This document shows, one piece after another, positions 26,635 to 41,442 of a stretch of 64,000 nucleotides of DNA (the first letter of the stretch is position 1; the number at the start of each line of letters is the position of its first letter). Source of the DNA: Chrysomallon squamiferum (taxonomy: Eukaryota > Animalia > Mollusca); assembly GCA_012295275.1 (NCBI GenBank), contig CM022672.1:744001-808000 (forward strand), in the 5' to 3' direction. The notes beneath the pieces were generated by a model. That model did not search any database, was not told the DNA's origin, and saw only the letters and a list, made by a program, of their open reading frames with translations. The translations under genes and the position numbers were made by a program.

Positions 26635-29177
26635 TATTGAAGACTTTGTGATAATTGACTGTCATGATTATGTTGGAATCAATGTCTGTTTCAGCTTAAT
26701 GCTGAAAGCTTTTCTCTAATTTTTCTGGACATGCGGTTCACAAACGTTGGAGGGATTTTTTCATGCTGTCAATTTGTATCTGTTACAGTCCATTTTCGTA
26801 ACACGATCTTCCTGATTCAAATCTGCCGGCTGATAATTAAACACTAATTGTAAGAAAACAAGACAAATATATATTTTTTCATTCTTTTATTTCTAAAACA
26901 AGCCACATCAACACAGTTTAAAAGCAGGGCAAGAATAAGAGAAGAAATTGCAAATCAGAAAATATTGTTATAATATTAATTCACTAAGTAATACAAATTT
27001 CAAGTTAAAGATGTTGGATAAATGTATACATATTTATATTTTTAATTAAATCAAATAACAATATGAATAAGCACTAACATAAAATTACATTTAGATGCCT
27101 TTTTATATTTAAAAATATTACATAAATAAAAATATAAGTATACAATAATAATAAAAATTACATAAATCAAAAATCATCCATATTATATAGTATACATTTA
27201 TGATTTATCTCCAGATGCTAATAATATATTGTAACGCATAAACTATTTAATGGACATTAAAGTGAGGACATCAATAACGATTACTTAAAAACAATTAACT
27301 ATATAAACAAAAAAATAAAAATAGAAAATTACTGGTATCTTCTGTTTAATGTTAAAACTAATTATTTCTTCTTCATTCCTTCTTCTAATTTATTAATAAT
27401 TTATTTGTTTGTTAAACTCTATTTCTGAGCAAAAACAAACACATATGAGTACCAGCTAAATATACATCTTGCATACATTTATACTTCAATATTTAAACCA
27501 ATAGGAACAAAAAGAAACACATATCTAGATTACATAATCATGAGTAGGATATTTCTCATCAAAGAGGAGAAAGTCAGAAACATATCTGTGTGTTTTACCA
27601 GCGTGAAAACGCAATGCAGAGAAGTGCTCGTGTTCGTTCAAGCAATGCTATGAAGAATCTACAGATTAAGAAAGAATGTTGATTAACAGAAAGCGAGATT
27701 TATTTTTCTCTCACATCTCTTTCTGCTCACTGATGTTAAACTTACTGAAACTGCAGTAACTTTCTCACTCTAAAAAGTATCTTTCAAAGCATGCATTTGT
27801 AATTCCCAGAAAAAATAAAGATACCATATCCAAATAAATGTCATTGACCTCAGTTACAACTCGTAGAAAACATAAAGATACTATATACCAAATAAGTATC
27901 GTTCACCCTGATTATAACTCAGAGAAAACGTAAAGATACTATAATGAAATAAAACTGACTGATTGTCATCAGAATGAAATGTATCATTAACAAACGTGTG
28001 ATTAGAAACGAGTCTATTTTATGGATTTTCTTTCTGCGATTTTGTTTTCCATTTAAAGAGTGTTTAGATTTACACAAGTTTTGAAACAGCTATTTGTTAC
28101 AATATTTTAGTGGATTTTTATTTATTTATTTATTTTTATATATATATGTATGTTTACTGTTTTCAGTTACTCGGTGTGAAGTTTTAAGAAAATGGCAGCA
28201 CGTATTGTCCTGTGTACAAACTGAAACCTACAACACATACGTCATGTTTCACTTCACTACCAGTTCTTTCAAACAAATTACATCACGATGTCAAAACCTT
28301 TTACCACTAAACACTTAACACATCATTATTAACACAACCAGGATAACGCAAGAAATGGAATTAAAGCTAACATGTCATAATCTAGGGAACATTTTCTTCT
28401 CTTGATGACAATACTGTGACATTTTTATTTATAAGTTGAACATTCTGTTTTGTTGTTCCATCTCAAACCAGTATGATGTTTTACCAAACGACTTTGTTTT
28501 TAAAACTATTACTCCATATAAGCACTATAACACATCTTAAACAACAAAAGACATGAACAAAAAAGAGAGTATTTTTGACTGTGTGGTGCCTTTCATCAGA
28601 ATAGTTAATAACATATAACCCATTAATTTAGTGATGACTCTGAACTGGGAATCTAGAAATTTACAAATAATTATTTTAGCGAAATACACTGACGTAAGTG
28701 GAAAGGTTAATTATCAAACAACTGTCATTAAGTTTGTGCTATCTGATTCATTACACGTTTCTCACAACAGAAATCTACTCAACACACCAACATTGCAACA
28801 ACCACTACAGGGAACATCTATCATTAAAATAACACTGTATTAATTATACCTCACTCTAACTGATGAATGAATAAAACAAATATGAGAGTTCGAATTAATA
28901 ACCTTCAAAAATTGCATAAAAGGAAAGTAGCTAGATTAAAATGCAGCAGAAGCAAGGCAACACTAAAGAGTAGCATATACGTGTGTAGTTTTATCTATTT
29001 CTCTAAATATCTAATTAAGTGTATGTGTAATCCCACAGCAAAGCAAGAAATGTAATACAACTTATGACATTCACCAGTACGTGTATATTTGTTCTGATAA
29101 ACAAACATCTGTTTTGTTAGTTAATATAAACACTGTATGTAAGTTTACATGTATGTGTGAGTATCTATATATTCATA

Positions 29178-29220
<43 letters not shown>

Positions 29221-29236
29221 CATATATATATACACA

Positions 29237-29286
<50 letters not shown>

Positions 29287-29494
29287 CTGTACATGTCCTA
29301 ATTATTTTATAGTTATATGGATTTATTTTTGAATAGATATTATTTAAGAAAGATAATAAACAAATACAAAGCATATTAAAAGATCTGCCTGACTGCTGGG
29401 TTACACATACACATTGATACAAGGTTAGGTATGTCTCACATAGAGCACACAGGTAAGAGAAGTAAAGGATACAAATGTTTTCTCTGTTCTGTTG

Positions 29495-32400
29495 TCAGAT
29501 GTTAGCTCCGCAGAGTGGACATGCAGTGATACTGGAAGAGCACTCTGAACAGACTATTGTGTGTTGACAGGGAAATGTGACGTCAACTTGCCGGGTAAAA
29601 CACTCACAGCAAAGCAGAGTGTCTGAAGGTGCCTTGGTAGAGTCGTCTCTCCTGAAACAATATTTGTTTTTAAATGTGTAGTTAATGTAAGAGACTTGCA
29701 GTGTGTGTGTGTGTGTGTGTGTGTTACCAGTCAATCTTTGTTAATAATAATGTCTGACAATACTATAACAACCTGGTTTTTAAATCACAATGTGAAGAAC
29801 TGAAAAACTCAGAGAAAACTTTTCTTTATGAGAAACTGAGCAAAATCTGGAAACGAAGATAAAAGACTAACAGTTTGTGTAACATGTAGTTTCACCTTCT
29901 GCACATAATTCACTCACTTGTGTCTAAAAAAAAAAAAAATAAAAAAAAAAATAAAATAAAATAAAATTAATAAAAATAAATAAATAAATAAACAATAATA
30001 ATAATAATAATGATGATGATAATTACCCTTCTACAAAGTTCTCAACAGACTTTTTCAGTGTTTCATTAGTGCAGACCTCAAACGGTGTTTTTCCGTCTTC
30101 ATTTTTCAGATTGACGTCTGCTCCACTTTCTATCAGGAACTTTGCCACCTGAACACGACTTTGTGTGGGCCCCCAAAATTCCTTACGCAATTTCTTAACA
30201 AAAAAAAAAACAAAAAAACATATACTCTTTGTTCCTGTCATAAAATTTTATACTAGAAATTGTAATGAAAGTTTCCAGTGATAAAGAAAAGCAGAGAGAG
30301 AATTCGAGAAACGCACCTGCTCATACTTGCCCATCACGAGGTGTAAAGGTGTGTCTTTGTTGGAGTCACCCACGTTAATGTCTGCTTCTAAGTAAATGTG
30401 ATTAAAAATCAGATTTCAGAAAATGAAAATGGAAGTTAAAATGCAAAATACATGTAAGATCACATCCATATATTTCTCAAAAATAATTAAGAGTAATAAA
30501 GATCAAGTATGTAAAGATCAAGTCTTATTCAACAATGCCTCTTAAAATACAGAAATAATATAATTTCAAAAATTAACAAATCAAATTTAAATTCTCTTTA
30601 GTTTCCGACATTACGAAAAAAACAAAAACATAGCCAGTGATGTTCTATTTCATACTGATAGTAAAACGTGTTGTACGCACCAAAATATTGATACAGACAT
30701 GAAATAACCTGCATTAAAGAGAGAAAAAGAGACAATGGAAATTTACTTTCAGATATGAGAAGTTTGGCTGTGTCTAGAAATGCACGAGTGCAGGCAAGAT
30801 GAAGTGGAGTGGCCTCCGATGCATCATTTTTCATGTTAACATCTGCACCCTAGTAACAGCAAGAAACCAGTTTTTAACATTCTAAAACACTCGCAATGTC
30901 TTAAATTCTCATGTTAAATACTCATAATCATTCTAATCCTTATTGACACAGTTTTCTAATTCACTTTATTATTTTAATTTATTAATCTACTTAAATAAAC
31001 AAAAATCCTTTATTTGTAAAAATAAAAAATAGATAAAAAGAATGTACCTTATTTACTATGATCCTATGTAAAGTACAAATACAGTGAAAAGATACTGAGT
31101 TATCTTCTGTTATTATGTAATTTGTAAGCAGTTTTCTTTAACTTCTTCAATTTCTACATAAATATCCAATACATTTTAATGTGTCGCAATAACCATTATT
31201 TATTAGTGTAAGAGATACAAATGATTTATTAATGTAAAAGAAAAGATTATTTATTAGTGTAAGAGATAAAAATTATTTATTAATGTAAGAGATAAACATT
31301 ATTAATGTAAGAGATAAAAAAAATTTATTATGTAAAAGATGAAAATTATTTATTAGTGTAAGAGATAATTATTATTTATTAGTGTAAGATATAAAAATTA
31401 TTTATTAATGTAAGAGATGAGCATTATTTCCTTGTGTAAGAAGAGATAGCTGTTATTTATTTCTCTAACAAATAAAAATTATTTATTGGTGTAAGAGATG
31501 ATTATTTATTAACGTAAGAGACAAAAATTATTTATTAATGTAAAGCATGCAAATTATGTATTAATGTAAAGACACAAAAAATTATTTACCAATGTAAGGC
31601 TATAGAATTATTTACTAATGTAAGGCTATAAAATTATTTACCAGTGTAAGGCTATAAAATTATTTACTAATGTAGAGATATAAAGATTATACATCACCTG
31701 ACTGATCAGAACCTTCGCCTCCTCTGTGTGGTTGTTTATGGCTGCTATGTGCAGTGCGGTATCATCATCGTCTTTCTTCACATTAACAAGGTCTCTGTTC
31801 CTCACCAAAATTTTCTTTGTCAGTTGTCCTCTGTTAATTAGAATATACACTGAAGTGTTTCTCTCTGTTTTTTTTGGACACAATCCTGTATTTTATTATT
31901 TAATATGCTAAAAAATAAGTCATAACAACTGAACCACTCAAACTGAAAAATAGTATATCTATGTACATATATCTATATCCAGCTATCTCTCTCTCTCTCT
32001 GTATGTATGTATGTATGTATGTATGTATGTATGTGTGTATGTAATCAAACACACACACACACACACACACATGCATATGTATATAAATATGTATCCACAC
32101 ACATACACACACATAAACACACACATTCACATATATATTTTATATTTTCTGATTTTTTCGGTAAACAATGTTACTTCTGAAGATTTAATTAATACCCAGA
32201 TTTGCCGTGGAAGGCATCCCAGTGTAGAGGGTTGAAGCCTCTCTCGTTGGTGATGGTCAGATCGATGTCTGGGCACATGAGCAGAACCTGAGCACAGGAG
32301 ATTTGATTTTCTCTTATAGCATCATGGAGTGGAGTGTCCCCTGATTTATCCTAACATCAACACAAACGTGAAACATATGTACTACAAGATTAAAAAAACA

Positions 32401-35400
32401 ACAACAACAAACAAACTGATTACACACGTGAAAAAATTATATCTTTTGTTTTCTTTCTTATTATTGTTGTTGTTGTTATTCCTCTTCTTTTGTTGTCTTC
32501 TTCTTAATAGTATTAGTATTAGTATTGTTATTAATATCACTAGTGGTATTGGTATTGGTATTAGTATTAGTATTGGTATTGGTATTGGTATTGGTATTGG
32601 TATTAGTACTGGTATAGGTATTAGTATTAGTTTTGGAACTGGTATTGGTATTGGTATTGGTATTCATATTAGTATTACTATTGGTATTGCTATTAGTATT
32701 GGAAATAGAAAATTGAGATTTTTTTATAGGTTTTTTAACAAACATTTTGCAAATTATGTGTGATCCTACTCACTGACAGATAATTACAAGAAAGTGAAAA
32801 CTGGAAGAAGAGTGATTGGAAAAAAAAAGTACTTAATTCTGTATTTAAGTCTAACAGAGATTTGTGAGTAACTCACAGTTGTGTTGACATCACTCCCACT
32901 TCTCATCAGATCATGTACTATCAGCTGATCTCCAGTGTGCACAGCAAGATGAAGAGTTGTCTGTCCTTTGTTATTGACAACCTCAGTGTCTGCATTCTTT
33001 TCCAGGAGGAATTTAACGACATCAACATGTTTCCTGTTGATCACAGTAATAAAGTTCAAACATTCTGACAAAGTGGTAAAATATCAGTTTAGTTTTCAAG
33101 TTGTTCTGCTTACGTTTTCATTGTGTTGCAGATCAAAAACTCTTCATTGCTACTGCACATCCATATCTCTCAGTCTTTCTTTTTTATAAACAGGAATGAA
33201 TGAATAAATAAATTAAATAAATACAAAATAAATAAATAAATAAATAATAATAAATCATAATTTATTCACTTACTTAATCATTGCAATCATAAGTGCTGTG
33301 TTACCAAGAGCATCTCTCACATCCAACTGACTTCCTTTTTCCAGCAGGTATTTCACAATTTCCAGTTTGCCTTCCTTTGCTGCTATGTTTAAACATGTTA
33401 GACCATTTGGTGGAATACCCTTAACCTAAGAGTAGACACACAAAAATAAAACAAATTTCCATAAAGCAAACAACCATTACAAAACACAGCCCTACCTGTT
33501 ACTTTCAACAGCATCTCAGTCGATTCAGATTTATATTTAACAAATAACATCTTTGAAGTGAAACTGTCTTAACTGTCAATAATCAACAAAGTGAGTATAT
33601 GATTACCTTCAGATTGTCTTCAATATAATATGTAAAGTCATACACTGTGTTCCATTAACATGTAAATTATACACTGTGTTTAGTATAATGTGTAAATTAT
33701 AGACATGTTCAGTTTAACATGTATATTGTAGATTGTATTTAGTTTAACATGTAAATTGTAGATATGGTTTAGTTTAACATGTAAATTGTAGATATGGTTT
33801 AGTTTAGCATGTAAGTTGTAGATATGGTTTAGTTTAACATGTAATATGTAGGTAGGTTGTGTTCAGTTTAACATGTATATTGTAGATATGGTTCAGTTTA
33901 ACATGTAAATTGCACGTTATATCCAACTGTCTGTACTACTTATACTTACCAACCTTGTTCTTATGCCCAGTTCAACTATACTACTATACTTACCAGTTTG
34001 GGATATTTCTCACAAATTTTCTTAACTTCCTCAAGATCTGATTTTTCAACTGCTTCTAAAAACTGCTTTGCACCCTCCTCCTGTTTATCTTCTGTAGGCT
34101 TTTCTTCTATTTTAAAATCTTCTAGTGCCTTTTTTAATGCTGGAAGAACATAAAATACAACATACAGGTGTAAAAAATTATATACAGATGTAAAACACAT
34201 TTAAAATATCTGGAAGTCAATTAAGAATCTTCTTAAAATACAGTCACCTCTTTCTGTCACATAATTATTTTTGTACACACCAAATAAATCTATAAACACT
34301 AAGAATATTAAATACAGAAAAAAAAAAGTAACATGAATTTTTACAATGTGTGTCTGTGTGTGTGTGTGTGTGCGCGCATGTGTGTGTTTGTGTGTGAAAG
34401 GTACTTTGTAAGAAATCTGTAACAAATTGGTACAATTAACACATTAAGAAGAACTACTTGATTCTACCTAACTTGAAGATATCTGTATCTAAACCACCAG
34501 GTAAATGTTCTTTCAGGCCTAAAGGATCAGATGGAAGTTCTGACTTTGAGGCTGGGAGGCAGCAGGCAGGATTAAACACAAACACTTTCAGTCCAAACCT
34601 GACATTGACGTCTCCACTGGTATGTACATGTACCACTTCACCCACCTTTCCAAGCACCTGAGACAGAGAACACACTAGTTTGTAACATCAGTCAAATGAG
34701 CTTTACACATCTCATTATTAAGTGACATATATAAAATATGTGTTATACAGCAGTGTTATAAATGATTTTGTTAATGAATTAAACTTTGTCACTTAGAAAG
34801 GTTTACAAATTATCTTGTTTACTTATTTGCAAAGTTTTCAAGACACAGTCTAACTGTGATATATAACATATTACACTAAATTATTACACTCTGTCATACA
34901 AAATTACTTTACAAGAATTTAGTTTTTCTTTGCGTGGATACAATACACAACACAGCACATTTAAACCTTTTTCATTGGCGATGCCCAACCTCCATGACCT
35001 TTCTGTAAGCGTTTGACTTTTTCTAGATCATCAACAATCCGTACTGCATTTCCTTTCTCAATCTACAGTTAAAACAACAACAAACAGCTATCAGTAACAG
35101 ATTCACTCTACAACAATTTCTGACATAAACTACTTTCTTTCCTTACCTAGAATAAAAATGATAAGAAAAAGAAATGAGACCATTAGGAAGTATTAATGAA
35201 GAAAAACTTTAAATGTACAAAATGAAGATCTCTTATCTGAAATTGTGAAGTCTAAATTTTTGTTTACAAGATTTCTACGTGGAGGGTTTGTTATGAAAAG
35301 AACTTGTATAAGGCTACTGATGCAGGTATTAACAAAATTCGTACTGATTTGGTTCTGAACTTACTTTACTTTTGTAAATATCCACATGTAAAACAGCCTC

Positions 35401-36743
35401 CACATTATTAACTAGTTCACTGTACAATCTATTATGATGACATAGGTACAATTCATCTTATGTTTTGGTATGAGAATCACTTATTTGTCCTTCAAAAATC
35501 TGAAAACTCTGAAATCTGAAATCTTTTTTTTTTTTTTTTTTCTGACCTTCTGAAATAGTGATATCACACCTTTTCAATGTGTTTTTTTTTGTTTGTTTTT
35601 TTATGTATAAGAATATTATATAAAAATGTTTGTCTCCTTCGGTTCCAATATTTAAATTGTGAAACCTGAAAAGCTTCCAGTCCCCACCATTTCGGATGAG
35701 AGATTCTCAAATTACAACAACAATTAGATGAGCCAGACAAAATGTTTGAAATCAAATATGTACAGTTATACTAGTTAAATTAATTATTTATTTGGTTAAT
35801 ACATAAAACGAAATTTACTGAAAAACTTTGTCAAACCTTCGCTGGATGTTCTCCTGCAGCTTCTGCTGGTATCTGCTCTTCTGAATCTATAAGTATTATA
35901 AAAATTCATTATAAAAACATCTTCATCTCAGATTAACATTTCAACAAACTTTTATTTACATAAACAGATATAGAGATTTCTACTTATTCAGAGCTGTTAA
36001 TTTTACCTAGAACGGGCAAATTGTGAAGGTAACACTGAGGTCCCTGTCCAGGTTGAATACACTGGACATCAACTTGGCCCTGATGACCAACGCGACACGT
36101 AGTTATCTCCCCTTCATCCCAGGCAACAGTCACTGCAGATCTGTAGGATTTGGAATCGTGGTTGATAATCCCTGTCACTCTCCCTGTTTTACCTGGGCCA
36201 CCTGTAAAGTGAATGTCTCTGTTTCAATTCTTTCTTTATTTATTTATTTATTTGTGGATGAATGGTGAATAATTAATACAGCTAATTAAGTTATTACCAC
36301 TAAAGAATTAATTGATACAAAACAAATGTTCAGACTTACCAGTTATCAACACCAGTGGTAACAAGATGATTTTTATAATTACGATTCCCCCCCCCCATTA
36401 TTAAGAGTTTTTGAATGTATGAAATAATATAAAAAATAAATGTAATTTTAACCGTCTTTGTCATCCTGGTCCCAGTTAACTCCACGAACGACGACTGCAC
36501 CAGGGAACAGTCCATGGGTTTTAATCAGTGTTGAAACGTTTCGTTCTGGCACCACCCTCCTGCATAGAAACATGTAAAATACTGATACATAAGTTTCAAG
36601 TACGACATTAATATTAGGAATAACACTGTGAAAGCAGTTATGATGATTTAGACTGTTGTTGTTTATTATGGTCAGCAGATATAAATTTATGTATGTTTAT
36701 TTGTTTCAGTTTTTATTTTCTGTTTCAGAAAAGTATATCCTCC

Positions 36744-36790
<47 letters not shown>

Positions 36791-37449
36791 CCGAAGAAAT
36801 CTTGTTATTTAGTAAAAATGTTGGGAATCACTACCCTGCGCTGTAATTTCACTTCATTTTACTTTGTTTGTTTTTGTTTATTTTATCAATGTTTTTGAAT
36901 GATGAGCATTAAAATTTGATCTTCTAAGGGAAAAATTGCCATTTTCTCCATTTTCACATCGATGTTCCTGCCGTGTTCATGCATTTCGATTCCTATATGT
37001 TGTTAATTGATTTTACTGTATAGCTCCACGGCTACAAGTTATTCAGTGACGTAACGAAATTACCATATTTAAACTAGTCTATATGTAGTATATATATATT
37101 ATAAGATTTGTAATACATAATGCTAGATGACTCATACACAACAGTTATATTTATATACCCTTCTGATGTCGCTGTGAGGTATCGAACAAAGTCGTGTGAA
37201 CGATCATGTTTTCCCATGAAGTAACACGAAGAACACAAATGTAAATCTTCACATTTTTACACGACCATCTCATTCCTATGATATCTTTCTCTCCACATCC
37301 ATCACAGTCTTTACCTTTATGACGAACTCCTGAAAACAGAAAAAAATAATTAATAATAAATAAAAATCATAAGCAGAGATCTATGACCATGCAATAAAGC
37401 GTAGCAAAATTAAATTCCATTACGACTTCTGTTATTAATAGAATAGAAA

Positions 37450-37487
<38 letters not shown>

Positions 37488-37709
37488 ATAAAATAAGAAA
37501 TTGTCACCTATTGGGCCATTGTCTACAATTCGTAAGTCAAACTTGTTTTCTTTTCCAGCTGAGAAAATTTTTACGTTTCCGTTGTCCCAAACGACCGTAC
37601 AAGTTTTATCTTCTGCACAAGACGTTACTGTTCCCAGATGACCTTCACCTCCATCTAGGTTGCCTCCTGACCAGTCAGGACCTCGCACAACTCGTATCCC
37701 AACAGCCAT
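29495..37709 (-). CDS. MIB2-like: Mind bomb (MIB2-like) E3 ubiquitin ligase paralog copy C, about 750 aa if one frameshift is corrected, 16 coding exons
   Basis: Exons: 37709-37508, 37329-37159 (ZZ; 171 nt versus 172 in copies A and B), 36559-36453, 36201-36007, 35886-35837, 35062-34967 and 34657-34468 (single Mib repeat), 34139-33994, 33425-33274, 33033-32877, 32350-32196, 31830-31698, 30849-30747, 30387-30317, 30193-30027 (ankyrins), 29651-29495 (C3HC4 RING CCEC..PCQH..CSEC..CPLC). All are GT-AG and phase-consistent except a 1-nt loss in the T run at 37254-37258. Confidence 0.85.
31195..31690. repeat. ~26-bp AT-rich minisatellite (attatttattagtgtaagagataaaa)
   Basis: Many degenerate tandem units in a copy C intron. 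Confidence 0.8.
32508..32702. repeat. (ATTGGT/ATTAGT)n hexamer repeat
   Basis: Direct reading; it produces the spurious IGIGI and TNTNT ORFs. Confidence 0.9.
33650..33912. repeat. ~30-bp minisatellite (tttaacatgtaaattgtagatatggtttag)
   Basis: About 8 tandem units in a copy C intron. Confidence 0.85.
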
Positions 37710-38790
37710 CACTTAAAACCAGAAATACAAAAAAAGTGTACATTTTTTCTTCACTTAAACAAGTATACAAATAATACATATATATATGTTACAGGAAATA
37801 TGAATTATTGGGAAATGTCTACAATTCTTGATATGTGTAATCACTTCCCTGAAAATAATGTGATCAGGCTTGGTTATGGTCCAAAGAAGACCTAGGCATC
37901 CACAGAGCCAAGAGTACATAGAAAGAGTAAACTGTGACATTAAGGACTCGACTGTTTCTTGTTTAGGAGATAAATTATAATTGAATGAACTTTTGGACTT
38001 AAATTTGTTCAGTTTCCCCATTTATAACAGATGCTTACACTGAAATTATCCATCAGTTACACACACACACACACAAACACACACATACACACACACACAC
38101 GCAGGCACACGCACGCACATACCAACTGCTGAATTATAAATCATTTCAACCCCATCATACATTTAAAGACTTCGTTAAATCTCAAGTCTTTAGGTTCAAC
38201 AGAAATCTGAGTAACAAAGAAAACTTTAATGATGCCTGTTGAGACCTACTATTCTGAAATCGAGAGGTTATTCTCAGAGAATTAGAAAACCCTTGGATCC
38301 ATTTAAGCCAAATGTTCATGTACAGATAACAGAAACAAACACACACACACACACACAAACACACAAGAATGATACAAGCATTTCCAGTGTTGGTTTTGAT
38401 TTTATTATTTATTTTTTTTTTTTTTTTTTTTCACAGAAAATGAGGTAATTATTGAAAATTATTCTTTTTGCGACTGACAGAGAAGTTTCATTCTATATAA
38501 ACATTGATTCAGACGCGACATACTTTTTTCCATTCTGAACAGGTGTGTATTTATTCATAGCAGGTCAGGTTTCAAACAATGCAAATGGCGTTCCTCTACA
38601 TTTTAGTTTCCAGCTTGATGCAATTAATTTTGCATATTTATTCACATTAAGTGAATTTAAATAAATAAAATGTTAGTCAAAAAGAAAATAAAGTTCAATA
38701 AAGGTGCAGAATAACAGGAAACAAGAAAGGTGAAACGCGAACGCGTTTTCTTAAGTAGAGGATTTCAAATGGACGAAAATAGAACTTTGA

Positions 38791-38912
38791 TAAGTGTGTG
38801 TGTTAATGTAAGTGTGTGTGTTAATGTAAGTGTGTGTGTGTTAATGTAAGTGTGTGTGTTAATATATGTGAATGTGTTAATGTAAGTGTATGTGTTAATG
38901 TAAGTGTATGTG
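38791..38912. repeat. 18-20-bp tandem repeat (taagtgtgtgtgttaatg)
   Basis: Direct reading. Confidence 0.8.
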
Positions 38913-39709
38913 CTGGATGTAGGTGTTTTTGAACAAGTCTGAACGAGAATAGGTGAGGTACGTTGTCACGTAGTTCCGATGCTCTCTGTTGTAATTATTC
39001 TATTATTTGTGTTAGTCAACATATAACGTGTCTAATTTCAGACGCAGTAGACGGCAAAAATAATAAAAACAAACATAAAATTATATAAAATAAATTAAAA
39101 TGAAACAGAGATTAGTTCATGATTTAGTGGTATAAACGATGGTTCGATGTTGAATCTCTGTGACCTAGATATTGCTTTTAAGATTTTAACTAAACATTTG
39201 TATACACAAATACACATAAAGTTTACGAACATTTTTTTTACTTACATTTTAAAATCCCCTAAATCTCAAGAACAATAAATATATAAATATATATTGAACT
39301 TTCCCGAAAATAGATATTCTTGACACCAGTATTTTAACACATTATTTAAGTCTAAAATTAACTGGGAAAACCCATCTAAATATAGACACACATCACTCCC
39401 TAATATGCACGTGAATAGTACTGTATAGATACAATTCTGCCCCAACACTTATATATTTATCTAGTCATTATAAATTGCCATTATCTAATTACAGCAGAAT
39501 ATATCTTCATATTGTGTATGTAATATATTTAAAACTGAATTTTCATGTTCTTTTTACGTTTTAACTAGCCCACATTTCTTGTCTGAGTTATCTTTCTTTT
39601 GTTGGTTTTTTTTGGGGGGGTGGAGGGGGTTTGTTTTTGTGTAGTCAGCTTACTTTAATTTTTGTTATTCCCCACACCCCAAGCATTCTTTATTCCATAG
39701 CGTTCAAAA

Positions 39710-39801
39710 CATATATTGATAAAGATATATTTTGATAAAGATATATATTGATAAAGATATATATTGATAAAGATATATTTTAATAAAGATATATATTGAT
39801 A
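39710..39801. repeat. short tandem repeat (gataaagatatatatt)
   Basis: About 5-6 units, direct reading. Confidence 0.8.
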
Positions 39802-39910
39802 GGCCCACCTGCCCACACGAACTAAGCGACACGAACATTTATTTATTCTGACCTTCAGAAATATAAATAATACAAATTAACTGTATAGTTAATAACTACC
39901 CAATTAGAAA

Positions 39911-39958
<48 letters not shown>

Positions 39959-40509
39959 TCATCCAAACGTAAAAGCTACAAAAGGTGAAATATTAAAAAG
40001 AGACGTGTTTTTCTGTCAGGGCTGACTGGACAGTGCCCAGACGTCAGTGTTTGTTAAAGATTTTGGGCCAATGTCCGATACACTGGCAGAGCGACATTAT
40101 AAAACGTTTACGAGTCGTGAAAACTTTATTATGATGAACGTTATCAACTCTGTTCAGGTCCTGGCCATCATTTCACTATGGTCTGTTCTTACGGCGGACC
40201 ATCTGATTTCTGACGTCACATGAATGATTTTTGTATTTGAAGATAATATTATAGTAACAGATTAGGTTTTGTGCTCAACTCTGAAATTTCAGTGTTATTG
40301 TATGTATCTGTATGTAACGCATGGACAATGATTTAAACAAAGCATAACGTGAAGTACATAATATTATACACTACTTTTCCATGTTTTAAACATCTCAAAT
40401 GAATCTGAAATAATGAATAATGAAAATCTGTGTTAAGTTTTTATTATTATTATTAATATTTTGTTAAATAAAACTGTTTGTGTGGTGGTGTTATCTATCT
40501 GTTTATCTT

Positions 40510-40570
<61 letters not shown>

Positions 40571-40647
40571 ATTTATCAATTAACAATTTATCTGTTCATT
40601 TATTTTAATATGTCCTTATCTACTTATTTATTTATTTATTTATTGTT

Positions 40648-40686
<39 letters not shown>

Positions 40687-41126
40687 TTGTTTTATTGTTT
40701 TATTCATTTACTAATGTGAGATGTTACGTTGATATAAAATAAAATCAAAACAGAGTGAAGACGTTGTGCCTATTCCTATGTTGGTCTCGGACTCGCTCTG
40801 TTCACAGAAAATAACTCTAAATGTGGCCATCCGTGACAACAACAACAGATCTGTTACCTGAAACTTCACCCGGTTTCTGGCTTTTAACCTCTTTACGCTA
40901 ACCTGCGATTCTTGTGTTTGCGTCTTAGACGTAATTTGAAGTACGCCTACCCCATAACCACTGACAACACAGCGAGTTTCATCACACCGCGAAGCTGTTA
41001 AACATCGTCACGACAACGTTACTTAGACAAAATTGATTATCAAAGAAGAGATGATTAAAAACAAAAACAGCAGCAACAACAAAAAACAAACAAACAAACA
41101 AATAAAAAAAAAAAAAAAAAAATAAA

Positions 41127-41184
<58 letters not shown>

Positions 41185-41341
41185 GTAATAATAATAAATT
41201 TAATGTATTTGTCTGATTAAGTTACATTTAGTGTTTTGTCAGTTTTCATTAATTTTCAGAAATAAATATTATACATTATCATGAATATCATTGAACATTG
41301 CTTTTATAATGTGTATTTATTCGCGAGTATAGTATATCTAC

Positions 41342-41442
<101 letters not shown>

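Noticed and set aside
39110-39170. tRNA-like fragments (tttagtggta, ggttcgat)
   Set aside because: A and B boxes are too close together and there is no cloverleaf; at most a SINE relic.
38000-40200. First exon and promoter of copy C
   Set aside because: An acceptor before the ATG (37713-37712) implies an upstream exon, but candidate donors such as ~39245 could not be distinguished and show no homology to the first exon of A or B.
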